DNA from: Vicugna vicugna
Taxonomy: Eukaryota
Direction: 5' to 3'
Assembly (NCBI GenBank): GCA_013265495.1
Contig: MU057651.1
Coordinates: forward strand, 496,001-560,000
Length of the DNA: 64,000 nucleotides
Both the position numbers and the translations under genes were made by a program. Positions 37,233-48,100 of this stretch are shown piece by piece. The first letter of the stretch is position 1; each line of letters opens with the position of its first letter. A model generated the notes under the pieces. That model was not told the origin of the DNA, ran no database searches, and was given only the letters and a program-made list of their open reading frames with translations.

Positions 37233-38329
37233 TACCCATTTGAAAATTATGGAGGTGGAAAAGACAGATGAAGAAGATGACCCCAGACAAAACACTCTCC
37301 TCGCTTTCAAAGCCAAAATCCCACAACACGGGGGATACTTGCTTGAGAAATCTGTCACTCAGGAACCAAATTAGGTGCCAATATTTAGAGCCCTAATTTC
37401 TCTGGGTTTTGGTCTTTTTATTGCCTCTTACCTCTAGCTCAATTTCCATCTTGGCGTAGAGGACGAGAAGGCACAGAAGGAGTTGTGGGGAAGTGCCAGG
37501 AAAAGGTCTCAGAGACCAGAGTTATAGAACTGCTCAGATCTGCTGCATAAAAATATTGATGTGGGGCCAGTGAGTAGGGAGAGCACACTTCCTTTCCTTC
37601 TTAGGCTCCTTCTCTCCCTCTCCCTCTCTCTCTCCTCTCTCTCCTCAACTAGCCAGCAGCAGAGCTGGTGCAGGGATAGAGGCAGAGGGGTAATTTCAGG
37701 TCAAAAGGTTAACACATCATCGGTCAGGAGAGCTGGGGAATGAGATGACGGGAGCCCTCACTGTTTCTGAAAATTGAGACAAACAAAATGACTTGAGAAT
37801 CTTGCCCCCAGGAATGGTGTCCCAGTCAATGTCTCAGGAAACAGGACCTTGACTGAGGAGCAGCATAGTATTTTACAGGGGTCTGAGTATCGCGCTGAAG
37901 CCTTTTGGTTGGCCTTTCAGTGCACACAGTTATTTGCTCCGCTTTTCACCTAACACCACCAGGCAGGCTCTCCACGGCCCCATGGCTAGAACTCAGGCTT
38001 CTTACAGCTGCCGTGGAATCAAACTCCATTCACTTTCATCTTACTGCTCCCATATCTCTGCCTTTGGCCAGATGTAACCTGTTGCTTCACAAGCAACCTT
38101 TTCTTCCCTGTGCCCCACTCGCCCCTCTCTCACTCCCACCCACTTGCCGAAGTCCTCATCAGTAGCACAGATCTGTGCACAAGGGCCATTCTGCAGCCTA
38201 GCCCGCGAGAACTTTGCCAACACTTAAGATTTTTCTCTCCATGTCTTCTTTCGAGTAAAGTCCACGTCTGCACTATTAACCCTGGGACAGAAAAGTCAGA
38301 AATCTCTCAGACCCCTCCCTGAAGGTTCT

Positions 38330-38530
38330 GTTTCTCCCTGGAAACAGAAAGAGCTTTCAAACGTGGCTTCCTGGGTTTTTCAGTTTGCGAGTGGGTGGAT
38401 CTGGAGTGGGCATCCCATCTGCACATCTGGTAGGGGCGCTTTCCAGATTTTCCTCCTGACTCGGGATCAGCTTCTGACTGCTAGGCGGGGCAAAGGCTCC
38501 TGAATTTTCTGTGAGGCACCTCCCCCCTGT
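38330..38530 (+). promoter_or_regulatory. CAPN6: Putative CAPN6 proximal promoter (TATA-less, GC-box ggcgggg ~38484)
   Basis: Position immediately upstream of exon 1; repeat-free. Confidence 0.55.
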
Positions 38531-38691
38531 GAGCACAGCTTGGTACAGCCCAAATAGTTTTCAGGTTAAGAAAGCCAGAATCTTTGTTCAGCCGCACTGA
38601 CTGAACAGACGTTGTAGGGGTTACCTGGCCAAGAGCAGTGGTAGCAGCAGCAGGCAGCAGCGGCAGCAGCGAGGCTCCTGGGATAACTCAG
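38531..38691 (+). other. CAPN6: CAPN6 non-coding exon 1 (5'UTR); start approximate
   Basis: Resembles the CAPN6 5'UTR as recalled (cagcccaaatagttttcaggttaagaaagcc...CAG-rich...ggataactcag); strong donor CAG|GTGAGT at 38691/38692; no ATG. Confidence 0.85.
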
Positions 38692-39715
38692 GTGAGTAGA
38701 GAGGACATGAGCAAACTTACCCTGGAATTTTATTTGCTGGATAACTTAGTGTCTAAAAGAGGTGAAGAAACTTGAACTTTATAGGTAAACTCTGCAACTG
38801 TAATTTTATGGTTTGTCTGCATAGAATGTGTGTGCATAATAGCACTTTGGAAACTTCAAAACTAGCGGAATTTTGGATTGCTTATTTTGGGGTGTAGAGG
38901 GGGTAATTGTGGTTGTCTGGCAATGAGATTTTTTCTGGTGATATCTGCTTACTTTTTTCTTTTTTTGGTCTTCTGTTACTCAGAATACCTGGCAAAGAAA
39001 GACAAACCTGGGAGGGAGATGTGAGAGGGAGAATCCACTTCGCCAGGGCTTCATTTTAGCTTCTACTGACCCACAGCTGTGGGCAAATTATTGAAACGCA
39101 GGCACATCTTGGAGTCACACTATGTGCAAAAGGTCTTTAAGCCCTGGAAGTGGGGGTGCAAGGGCGGTTCCTCATACATGGGAGGGAAAGGCAGCAGAGT
39201 TGTCCTGTCTGCACAGCCGGGGTCCTCTTGTCCCGGTGACAGGTTGATCTTGGCTATTTCCTGATCAGCCCCTGCCCAGCCTGGTTTTATTCTTCTCTGA
39301 TTCTCACTTTGGTTTAAACTTTGATTTGCAGTTGGGGCTCTCTCAGCACCCACTCCCCTACATGGCCACTCGTGTTCTAAGAGGTTAACCTGGCTACTTG
39401 ACCAGAGCAGCCTGGGGTGAGAAGAGGCCAGCTAAAGGATTGGAGCACTGCAACTGAAAATTGGTTCTGAGGATTTGGGGCTTGAAATAGGGTGAGAAGC
39501 ATATGGGAAATTAAAGAAATTCTGCCATCCTGACAGTCACTTCTGGCTTCAGGATAAAGCATCCTGCTTTGTATCAATTTTTTTAATTGAAATTCAACTA
39601 ATGTCTCATTTGCTAATCTTTTTTTGAAATTAAGGACATTGTATATAGTCTGAAGGAATTTAGAAAAAGATTCTATGGGGGGGGTGGCTAATTAACTTGC
39701 ATTCCCCCTGCAGTT

Positions 39716-39749
39716 TGTGTGTGTGTGCGCGCGCATGTGTGCGTGCGTG
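39716..39749. repeat. Alternating purine-pyrimidine (TG/CG) tract
   Basis: tgtgtgtgtgtgcgcgcgcatgtgtgcgtgcgtg. Confidence 0.9.
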
Positions 39750-42219
39750 AATACTTTGGATTTGAATCGCATTCTTTATTTATCCTTAGAGTCCTTAGCA
39801 GGCTAGGGAAAAGTCTAAACACTTGTGTAGTCAGGAATAGGTTAAAAACAGGCTTTCTGTATCCTTGGGAGTTTTCAGTTCTTAAATTAAAAGCAGAAAA
39901 AGCCCCTTTGTGACCCCCAAACAGTGTTTCTTTGATTAGCCTTGATTTGAAATCATCTCACCTTCTGACAGCAATTCAAAACCAAAACTCCTAAGTGCAT
40001 TCTTGTAAGAAGAGGACAATAAGCATTTTCAAAAGCAGTGTCTTGAGGTTTTGTGTTTAGGGGCTCCCCCTCCTTTTTTTTTTTAATTGTGGTAAAACGA
40101 GTCGGGAGGTCTGGGTTTTAGTGCCAACTCTGTCGCTAACTCTATAACCTTGGACAAGTCCCTTCACCTTCCTGTAAAAGCAAGGAGTTGGACTAAGTGA
40201 TGTATCTCTAAGAGTCCAGCCAGTGCAACATTCTAGAAAAATTGGAATTAGAGTCTCACAAGGCTGTAAAATTAGACTTTTAGGATGGGCTTATTCAGCC
40301 AAGAGGGAAACATAGAGTAGTGGGGCAAGTCAGCCAAAAAAGAAAGGGGGAAGAGAGAGGAGGTACTGAATGGTGGAGGGGCCATTTTATATTGGTCTTT
40401 CAGATGTTTGTGAGTGCTTTACTTAAAGTATGTGATCAAATTGCTTCATTTTTCCACTAAGGGCAGAAAAGGGATTTAATTTGCTCAAAACAAGCATTTC
40501 CTACTACTACTGTCCTACATTGGTCTTATCCTTAACAGTTAGAAAGTATGTTCACATACATAATAGATCTCCTCAATAACACCCCGAGGTGTATGAGGAA
40601 GCCATTTTATTCCCATTGCTCTTGTGGGGAAACTGAGGGACAGAGACGTTTTATCTACATTAAATGCTGGTATCTGGGACTTGATCCTGGATCTCCTGAC
40701 TACCTGTGCTCTTTTTGTGCTTCTGAATTGCTTTTTATTTTTTGATAAAGTTCTGCAACAATGGAATTAAAGGAAATTTTGTGCTCTTTTTTCTCTTCAA
40801 ATTTCTTTGAACAGAATCTTCTCTCTGGGCAGAGTAGATGTGTCCTATACGAGGCTGGATCAGAGGACTTTGGTGGTCCCTTTCAGATCCCAGAATATCT
40901 GGTCAACAATTTGAATCTGAACAGCCATACGTCCCAGGGAGATGCATGCCCATAGGTGTGGCTCTGCCTCTGCCTGTGTGGACATGGAAAGCACTATTCT
41001 CTGTGTAACATGTGGATGCTGAGTTTTTATGACTTCTTCTCCAAGCCCTATTTCTCTCATCACACCACCCCTAGGAGTGAGGATAGGGACTGCTGACTGT
41101 GGTTAAAGTGGTTGCTACTTCATGCCCGGGCAGAGTTAAATCTTCTGTATTCGGTTTGCTCTGCAAACTTCTAATTGCTTTTACCTCCGATTTGGCCCCA
41201 ACTGGGGCACAAACGGGGAAACTGGGGAAAAGGAGAAACCAGCCAGAAATAGCTCCCCCAGGGCCACGTTCTCTCCCTCTCTCCCCCTTAAATGCCCTCC
41301 TTCCCCCTCCCACTCACCCCAATCAAAAACAATTTGTAAACCGCAGGCTGGATTTCTTCTATCAGATAATAACTCTCTCTAATAAACTGAGGCAGATTTC
41401 ATTTTTTAGAGCAAAATCCGGTTTCTACTCTAAGGCTGACCCACAGGTCAAGAACAAATGACTTTCTTCTTAGGAGTTTGTCCAGCTCCCCAAGCTTTCC
41501 AGTCCGGTGAGTAACAAAAGCTCGCGCTCCTAACTGCAGCTTTGTGGGCTACGTGGCAGGCTCCCTCCACATCCCCTGGCAATTCCTAAGTCTCCACACC
41601 CTGGAGCCACCCCTCCCGCTCGCCTTGGTCCACACGGCCTTCATAACCTATCTCTGGGCGGTGGATCCCTATTCAAACAGTGCTGCTTAAGACCATTATC
41701 TCAGTGCAAAACTCCACACTCCTTTTCACCCAACCACCCATAATACTAGCTCTCAGGACACAAGATCCCTCTTCTTGGGTGTGCACATTTCCTTTGTTAG
41801 CTAGAGGCTCTCTTTGGTTGATACTTAAAGCCCCAGCTTTGATTCTGTTTACCGACTTTCCTTATGTGCTCTCTAACCTAAAGGTCTTCACAGCTGGATG
41901 CAGTCAGATAGCAAAGAAGACATATTCCTGTCTCCACTCTCCTACGCGCTGGCAGGGCAAATTGTTGATGACGACCCCAACTTACACATTTCTAGGTTTC
42001 CAAAAGTATTCCGAGACCTAACTGATGAACCCTCGGATGCGAAGGGTTCAGATTCTCCCATGATCATCAAGCCGCGGAAATAAAGGACCTTTTCAATAGC
42101 CACCATGGCAATAAATTCTAGGCAGAATGCCTCTAAGTTAGGTATCATGTTTGCTTTGGAGGGTTTTTCCTCATTTGAGCTAAAAAAAAAACCTTCTTTA
42201 AGAAGGCAGTAAGTAAAAG

Positions 42220-42440
42220 AAGCAGTGTGGCGTGATGGAAAGCTGTACACTAAATCTGGCACGACCCAGACCTGGGTTTGAGTCGGCCCCACTATTTTTC
42301 TAGCTGTTTCTTGTCTCAGCTGCCATTTCTGCAGATACAGAGTGAAGGGCACAGATAACATCTACTAACCACGGCTGCCATGAGGAGAGCAGGAACCAAA
42401 ATGCCTCCTTCGAACGATAAATTGTTATACAAACATTAAT
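42220..42440 (+). mobile_element. MIR SINE
   Basis: agcagtgtggcgtgatggaaag...cagacctgggtttgagtcggccccact. Confidence 0.7.
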
Positions 42441-44958
42441 TTTCTACATAAAGCATTCATCCATTCCATAAATACTTCCTTAACAATGGCCGGGTGCCCA
42501 GCGCCAGGCCATGAGAGGGCTTACAGTGTGTCTCTTGTATGTATAGAGCCCTTGCTACTGATTCAAAATACCTGTACACTAACCGCCTTATTAGGGACAG
42601 CCACAGTGTAAGGAGGGCAGGATAAATAACCCCACTCCCCTGATGGGGAAATTGAGGCACAAAGAAACCAAGGTCACAGCGAATGGAAGACAGTTCTCCT
42701 CTTACCTAGTCAGAAATTGGGGTCGATTCTACCCTGTAAGTCCGACAGGGATGGGACTACAGTTGTACCCTGATGAAAGCCTGTCAAAAGTTGAGGCTGA
42801 TACCTTGCTATGCCTTATTTCCCCTGCGCTCCCAAAATGCATGTGCCCTCGCCCAAAAGGCTTGGCCTATCCCCACCAGCTGTGCATTCTGCCTCTGATA
42901 AAGTCTACTGGGATCATACCGGTTTTGAAAATCCAACTTGACTTTCTTTTCAATTTATCTGTAGACAGGCCCGCTTTATATAACACGGATTCCCTTGCAG
43001 GCTCCTGTCTGCTTTGCCATTTGACTGAGTAACAGGGGAGACTGGCTGGGGCAGAAGGCCTTCCCAAGAACAGGAAATACTCATTTATCCAAAACGTTCA
43101 GGGACTAGGAGGTTCTGGCAAACAAAATATCCTAATTGCCCCAGACTATCCCCCATTTACAGTCCCCAGCCTCTGGCAAGCCACCAAACCTTCCAGGAAA
43201 AGCAAGAGGCACAGTACTGTTTGTTACAAGTTGGAGTACACGCAAAAATTGGGGTCCATTTGTCAAAGGCTGCAGAAAGGAGTCTGGGCACACGTTCAGA
43301 TTGGCGCTGACGCTGCTTCATGGACACTGATTATTGATACCATCCATGACTTCAAATAATACAATGAAATACACTTTAATATTTAAAACCCATGGACAGA
43401 GTTAAATCTGATGACTGAAAAAGCATTTTGGTACTTAGGGTGTCCCATAGCCTTCAATTTGAAAAAGATTTGTTAATAAATAAGGCTAGGGAAAACTGTG
43501 ATTATTTTCAGCTTTTTATTTCTTGGATTCCGAGAAAGGGTAAGTTTGTTTACATACGTTGTAGGTGGCAAATAACAGCGAATGAAAATTTTTGATGGTT
43601 TTCAAGTGGGGAGACTTCTTTACCAGTAAGGCATTTCTATGTAATACTGAAAAACATGGAATAAGATAGGAGAGCAGTATGATTAATATTACACTTTTTA
43701 TAAAATAGCAACTGCCTCATTATTAACTTGGTTTTGAGCTGCGTTAACCTACACAGACAGTCTTTAAAGTGCTAATTAGCCTTTTTTTCTCAAATTTCAT
43801 CCATTTTTTAGCAGACACTCTGACCTTAGCTTGATTTTTTGTTTCAGCCCTCATGCAATCATAACATATAGACACAGTTATCTTTAAATTATATTTTTGA
43901 AATAATTGGTGTCATGTAAATTTTACAACCCCCCTCTTATTTACCATTGACTGTCCTGAGAGGGTCATTAAAATCATTACAAATCTAGCTTTGTGAATCA
44001 AGCAAAGGCATTGAAAACCCTTTTATCACCCTAAAGCTATTTAAAATCAAATTTGCCTTTCAAATTACCCTCATAAAAACCAGTTGTTCGGGGCATTTGA
44101 GCGCGGGGCACTCTGATAGACATGGCCTGAAGATCCACTAGATTAATTCTCTGTTTAGGCATGTGAGGTTTTTTTAAGAAAAGAAAGCAACAGTGTATTG
44201 CCAGGGGATAAGAATCTATTGTCCACCAAATTAGTGTAATTGAATTTTGGAGTCTGCCTTTTATCGCAGGCAAATGATTGCACACTAGACTTTGAAGAAA
44301 AAAAAACATATACAATCTCTCTATCTTTCCTTGTCTTTGGAGGCCATCTGCTGAGCTCTGATTCTTGCATTAGCCTTCCTGGCCAGTAATAAAAATGCAA
44401 AGCTCTTTCATGATAAAAGGGAAGGAATTGTGTAAAAGGGCTTGTTAGAAGTGAGAGCGGCTGCTTCTCCCCTCAAGCACAAAGTGTGTGGCCCTTCAGG
44501 GCACCAAATTATTCTGAATATAGTAAAGCAATTTTTCCCTTTGATCTTCAAATTTAGAATTGTTCTTTGCTTTGAACTCCTCCTTGCCACGTAAAATGGA
44601 AGATGGCCCTTTAAATGATAACCACCCATGTTTGGCTAGCAATCTTTGCATTTATTATCTATTTTTCTGATAAGGTTGTTAAAGTCCCTATTACCCCATC
44701 TGGCAGATGGGGAAACTGAGACCCTGAAATGGTTTAGGTGCCTTACCCCAAGCCCCAAACTAATTAGTTGCAGAACCTGGACCCTTCTTTCCCTGAAAAT
44801 GGTGACTTTTCCTTTAAAGCTAAACTTGAAGTGCCTAGCTCCAGGAATAAACCGCTGAGATGATGACTATTTGTCTAATCTCAGGGGATCTTTCAAAGAT
44901 TTGAGAACTTCTTCCTTCAATAACAATAATTTTCTCATTCTAGACATAGTTTGACAAT

Positions 44959-45123
44959 ATGGGTCCTCCTCTGAAGCTCTTCAAAAACCAGAAGTACCAG
45001 GAACTGAAGCAGGAATGCATCAGAGATGGTAGACTTTTCTGTGATCCAACCTTTTTGCCTGAGAATGATTCACTTTTCTACAACCGACTGCTTCCTGGGA
45101 AGGTGGTGTGGAAGCGTCCCCAG
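44959..45123 (+). CDS. CAPN6: CAPN6 exon 2 (exon starts 44944; ATG 44959)
   Basis: ctag|acatag acceptor; MGPPLK...WKRPQ|gtaact. Confidence 0.97.
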
Positions 45124-48100
45124 GTAACTTTCTTGTTCCGATTTCTGTCTCCCTCTTGATCTCTTTCATCATAAGTCTCCTTCGTCCTCCACTATTTAAC
45201 TGACACAGCCCACTGCGTATAGACCAGTTGAGAAGACAACTTTCAAATGAGAGGTTTTATGGATCTGTGCTTCTGGCTCTAGCTTGAGGAAGCTTGCATC
45301 TTAGTCAGATTTAGTAACTTAGAACAAAAAACAGCTATACCGTGCTTGTTTTCTTTTGGAAGTTCACTTGAGTAAATATGGTAACTCAAAAAGCAACTCT
45401 ACACTTGTCTCTTTACTGAGTTACCTATCACAGCAACTTCAGGATCATCTGAGACCACTGAGGAGAAAAACTCCTCTTATGATGAGCAGACATGAAATGA
45501 ACTCTACAGGAACAAGATGGAGTCGGAATTACAGGAGGGAGGCTTCTTTGCTGCTCTTTGGATACCATCACCTGTATCCTCCCACAATTAGCAAAGTGGG
45601 ATCCAAATAGGATTGTAACTCTTTCGCCACCTATTAGTGGTCACTATGGTTCTCTGTGGAACATCTGTATATTGTATCTCTAGAGCAAATCTCAGAACTC
45701 CTTCACAAGCCCTCCATGAGTGGGAGGTCAATGTGTAAAATGATAAGATGGCAGAATCTGGAGAATAAATAGCAATAAAAAAAAAAGAAAATCAGTTGGG
45801 GTGGTGCCAGGAGGGGCTGAAGGATTGGGGAAAAAATATGAAAATAAATATATATATGTTCATGTATGACTGAAGCATTATGCTGTACACCAGAAATTGG
45901 CACAACATTGTAAACTGACTATACTTCAATTTAAAAATATATACCAAAAACTAGCAATCTTGCTATATCTAAAGGGTATAATTGGATAGGAGGCTATTCA
46001 ACCTGGGCTTCTTCCCAAAGTGGGTGACCAGGTATATAGGCCCCAGAAGGCTGTTATGAAATGCAAAATCTTGGGCCTTCTGATCCTATTTAACGATGTA
46101 ACTTTTGGAGCACTGTTATGGAGCCATCTCAGTCACCAACTCAAGGTCTGCCTTCTTCCATGAGCAAGCTAGCATTCTTTAGTTGAGATATCCACAGCTT
46201 AAACTCCTAAAGGGAGTTCTTCCAAGAGCTACTTCTGTTTATGTAGGTTGCCACCAGGTGGTGCTAAGATACATTGGTCAATTCAAGGTTCTTGTCTTCT
46301 GTGGGACTCAAAGGACATGTCTGAATGTTTGCCTCTAAAGTATGATAGCCAGTGAGAATATAAGACTTGGAGAAGTTCTCTCCATCAGAAGGAAGATTAC
46401 ACTCCTGCTGGGCCTCTGGGCCTCCAGTTGTTGACATCCCTACAGAACATAAGCATAGTTCACTAGCCACTAGTTCAGTATGCAGAGAGGTTAAGATTTT
46501 TTTTTCAGAAATGCATGGAGAAAGTAGAAATACATGTTAGGGAGCCACTCTTATGAGTAGATGGTGATAATGAGGGGCACCAATCCTTTTTGATGGTTGG
46601 GTATGAAAGAAACGAGATCAAGAGGGAAGAAGTAGCTGAAAAGAAGGCAGCAAATTGAAAGAGGTTTTCTGGAGGAGGGTGTCTTTTAAAACTAAGACCT
46701 GAACATATTTATAGGCCAAGGAGTAAACAGTAAGGAAGAAAGAACGAATGATGGATGGGGGTGAGGTCCTGGAGGAGGTGGAAGATCTTATTGGGCAGTA
46801 AAATTGCAAGCCAACCTGAAGCCATTCCTCAGATGTGATCCAAGCCAACAGTGCTTCCTGTCCTGGCCGGTCTTTAGACACATCCTTCTTCCTCTGTCTT
46901 GGCTCAGTCCTTTGTCTTTAGCCTTCATCTTCCAAATTCTGTGGATTGAGTCCTAGATGGATTAGCAGGGAAGGAAAAAACTTAAATAACCATGGCAATA
47001 CTCCATCTTGCCTCTGAGGCAAGCAATACCCCTTCCAAGGTGAGGGAGTGTCAGGAAGAGAGAGTGAATGGGGATGAGTAGAACAAGAAACAGGCATTTG
47101 TGGCATGCGTCCTATGGGCCCAGATACTGTGTTTGGAGTTTTCTATACATTCATTTCATCCTTATTTGCTATGGCTTAACAAGGTAGGTATCTTAAAAAT
47201 CACTTTAGTGGAATTCTTTTTTCTGGTGTAAAAAATAAAGGTAGATACTATGTTCATTTTATTGTTGAGGAAACTGTCTCAGAGAGAAGACAAAAATTTT
47301 CTCAGACTCAGACTGCTAACAAGCTGGGATCTGAATCCAGACTTGACTCCAAAACCTGTATTTGTTTTGTTTGGGGTATATTACCTTTATGAAAGTTTGC
47401 CAAACTGTTTTCCAAAGTGGTTGTGACATTTTACACCTGTATTAGCTTTTACTCTACTGTGCCACCATGTCAGGGAGATAGATTTGCCCTTGTCTCTTGA
47501 TAAAGTATGTACCTTCCCTCCAGCGAGTTCTCACACTCCTCCTCACTATGTTGATGCTGTACATCCATTAATTGATCCATACTCTCCTCTTTGAGGGGAT
47601 ATTCTGAGCTTAGTCTTAATTAAGCCCAAAGGGAGAGTCAATTGAGAAACATTTATTGAGCGCTTACTCTATGCCAGCCTCTGTGCAAAATACAGACAAG
47701 GCCTGAGGCGAGGGACTCCCATTCTAGTTGAAGAGATGGATATTGAGCTATCAAAGAGTTAAAGAATAAATTAATGCTGAATACAGGAAGTGCCATTTTC
47801 AGGCATGCAGACAGTAGATCATGTAGGGTTTTGAAAAAGGGGAGATCAGGGTGGTTTGGAGTGGTTGGGGAGGGGGCCTCTTGTGGGGAGTAGGGGAAAA
47901 AACAACGTTCTGGACCACCATCTAAGTCTCTCAAAAAGCTGTAGATTCCTTTCCAGCTAGAGTGGAGGCCAAGCCTGTGGTCAAGAACCACGTCAAAGTT
48001 CTCTGGCCTCCCATCAGAGAAGCAGAGAGACAGCCCTAGGCCTCTCTAAGTTGGCTCAGGAAGACCAGATGGGTCATTGGACTCACCCATCTCATTGGCA

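Noticed and set aside
38424..38440. CTCF-like ctggtaggggcgc in the CAPN6 promoter (similar at ~11562)
   Set aside because: G-run is one base short and the 5' CCA core is missing
44944..44958. In-frame DCX-CAPN6 read-through fusion via CAPN6 exon 2
   Set aside because: Phase-0 entry reads ACA TAG, an immediate stop; nothing in the sequence supports other junctions
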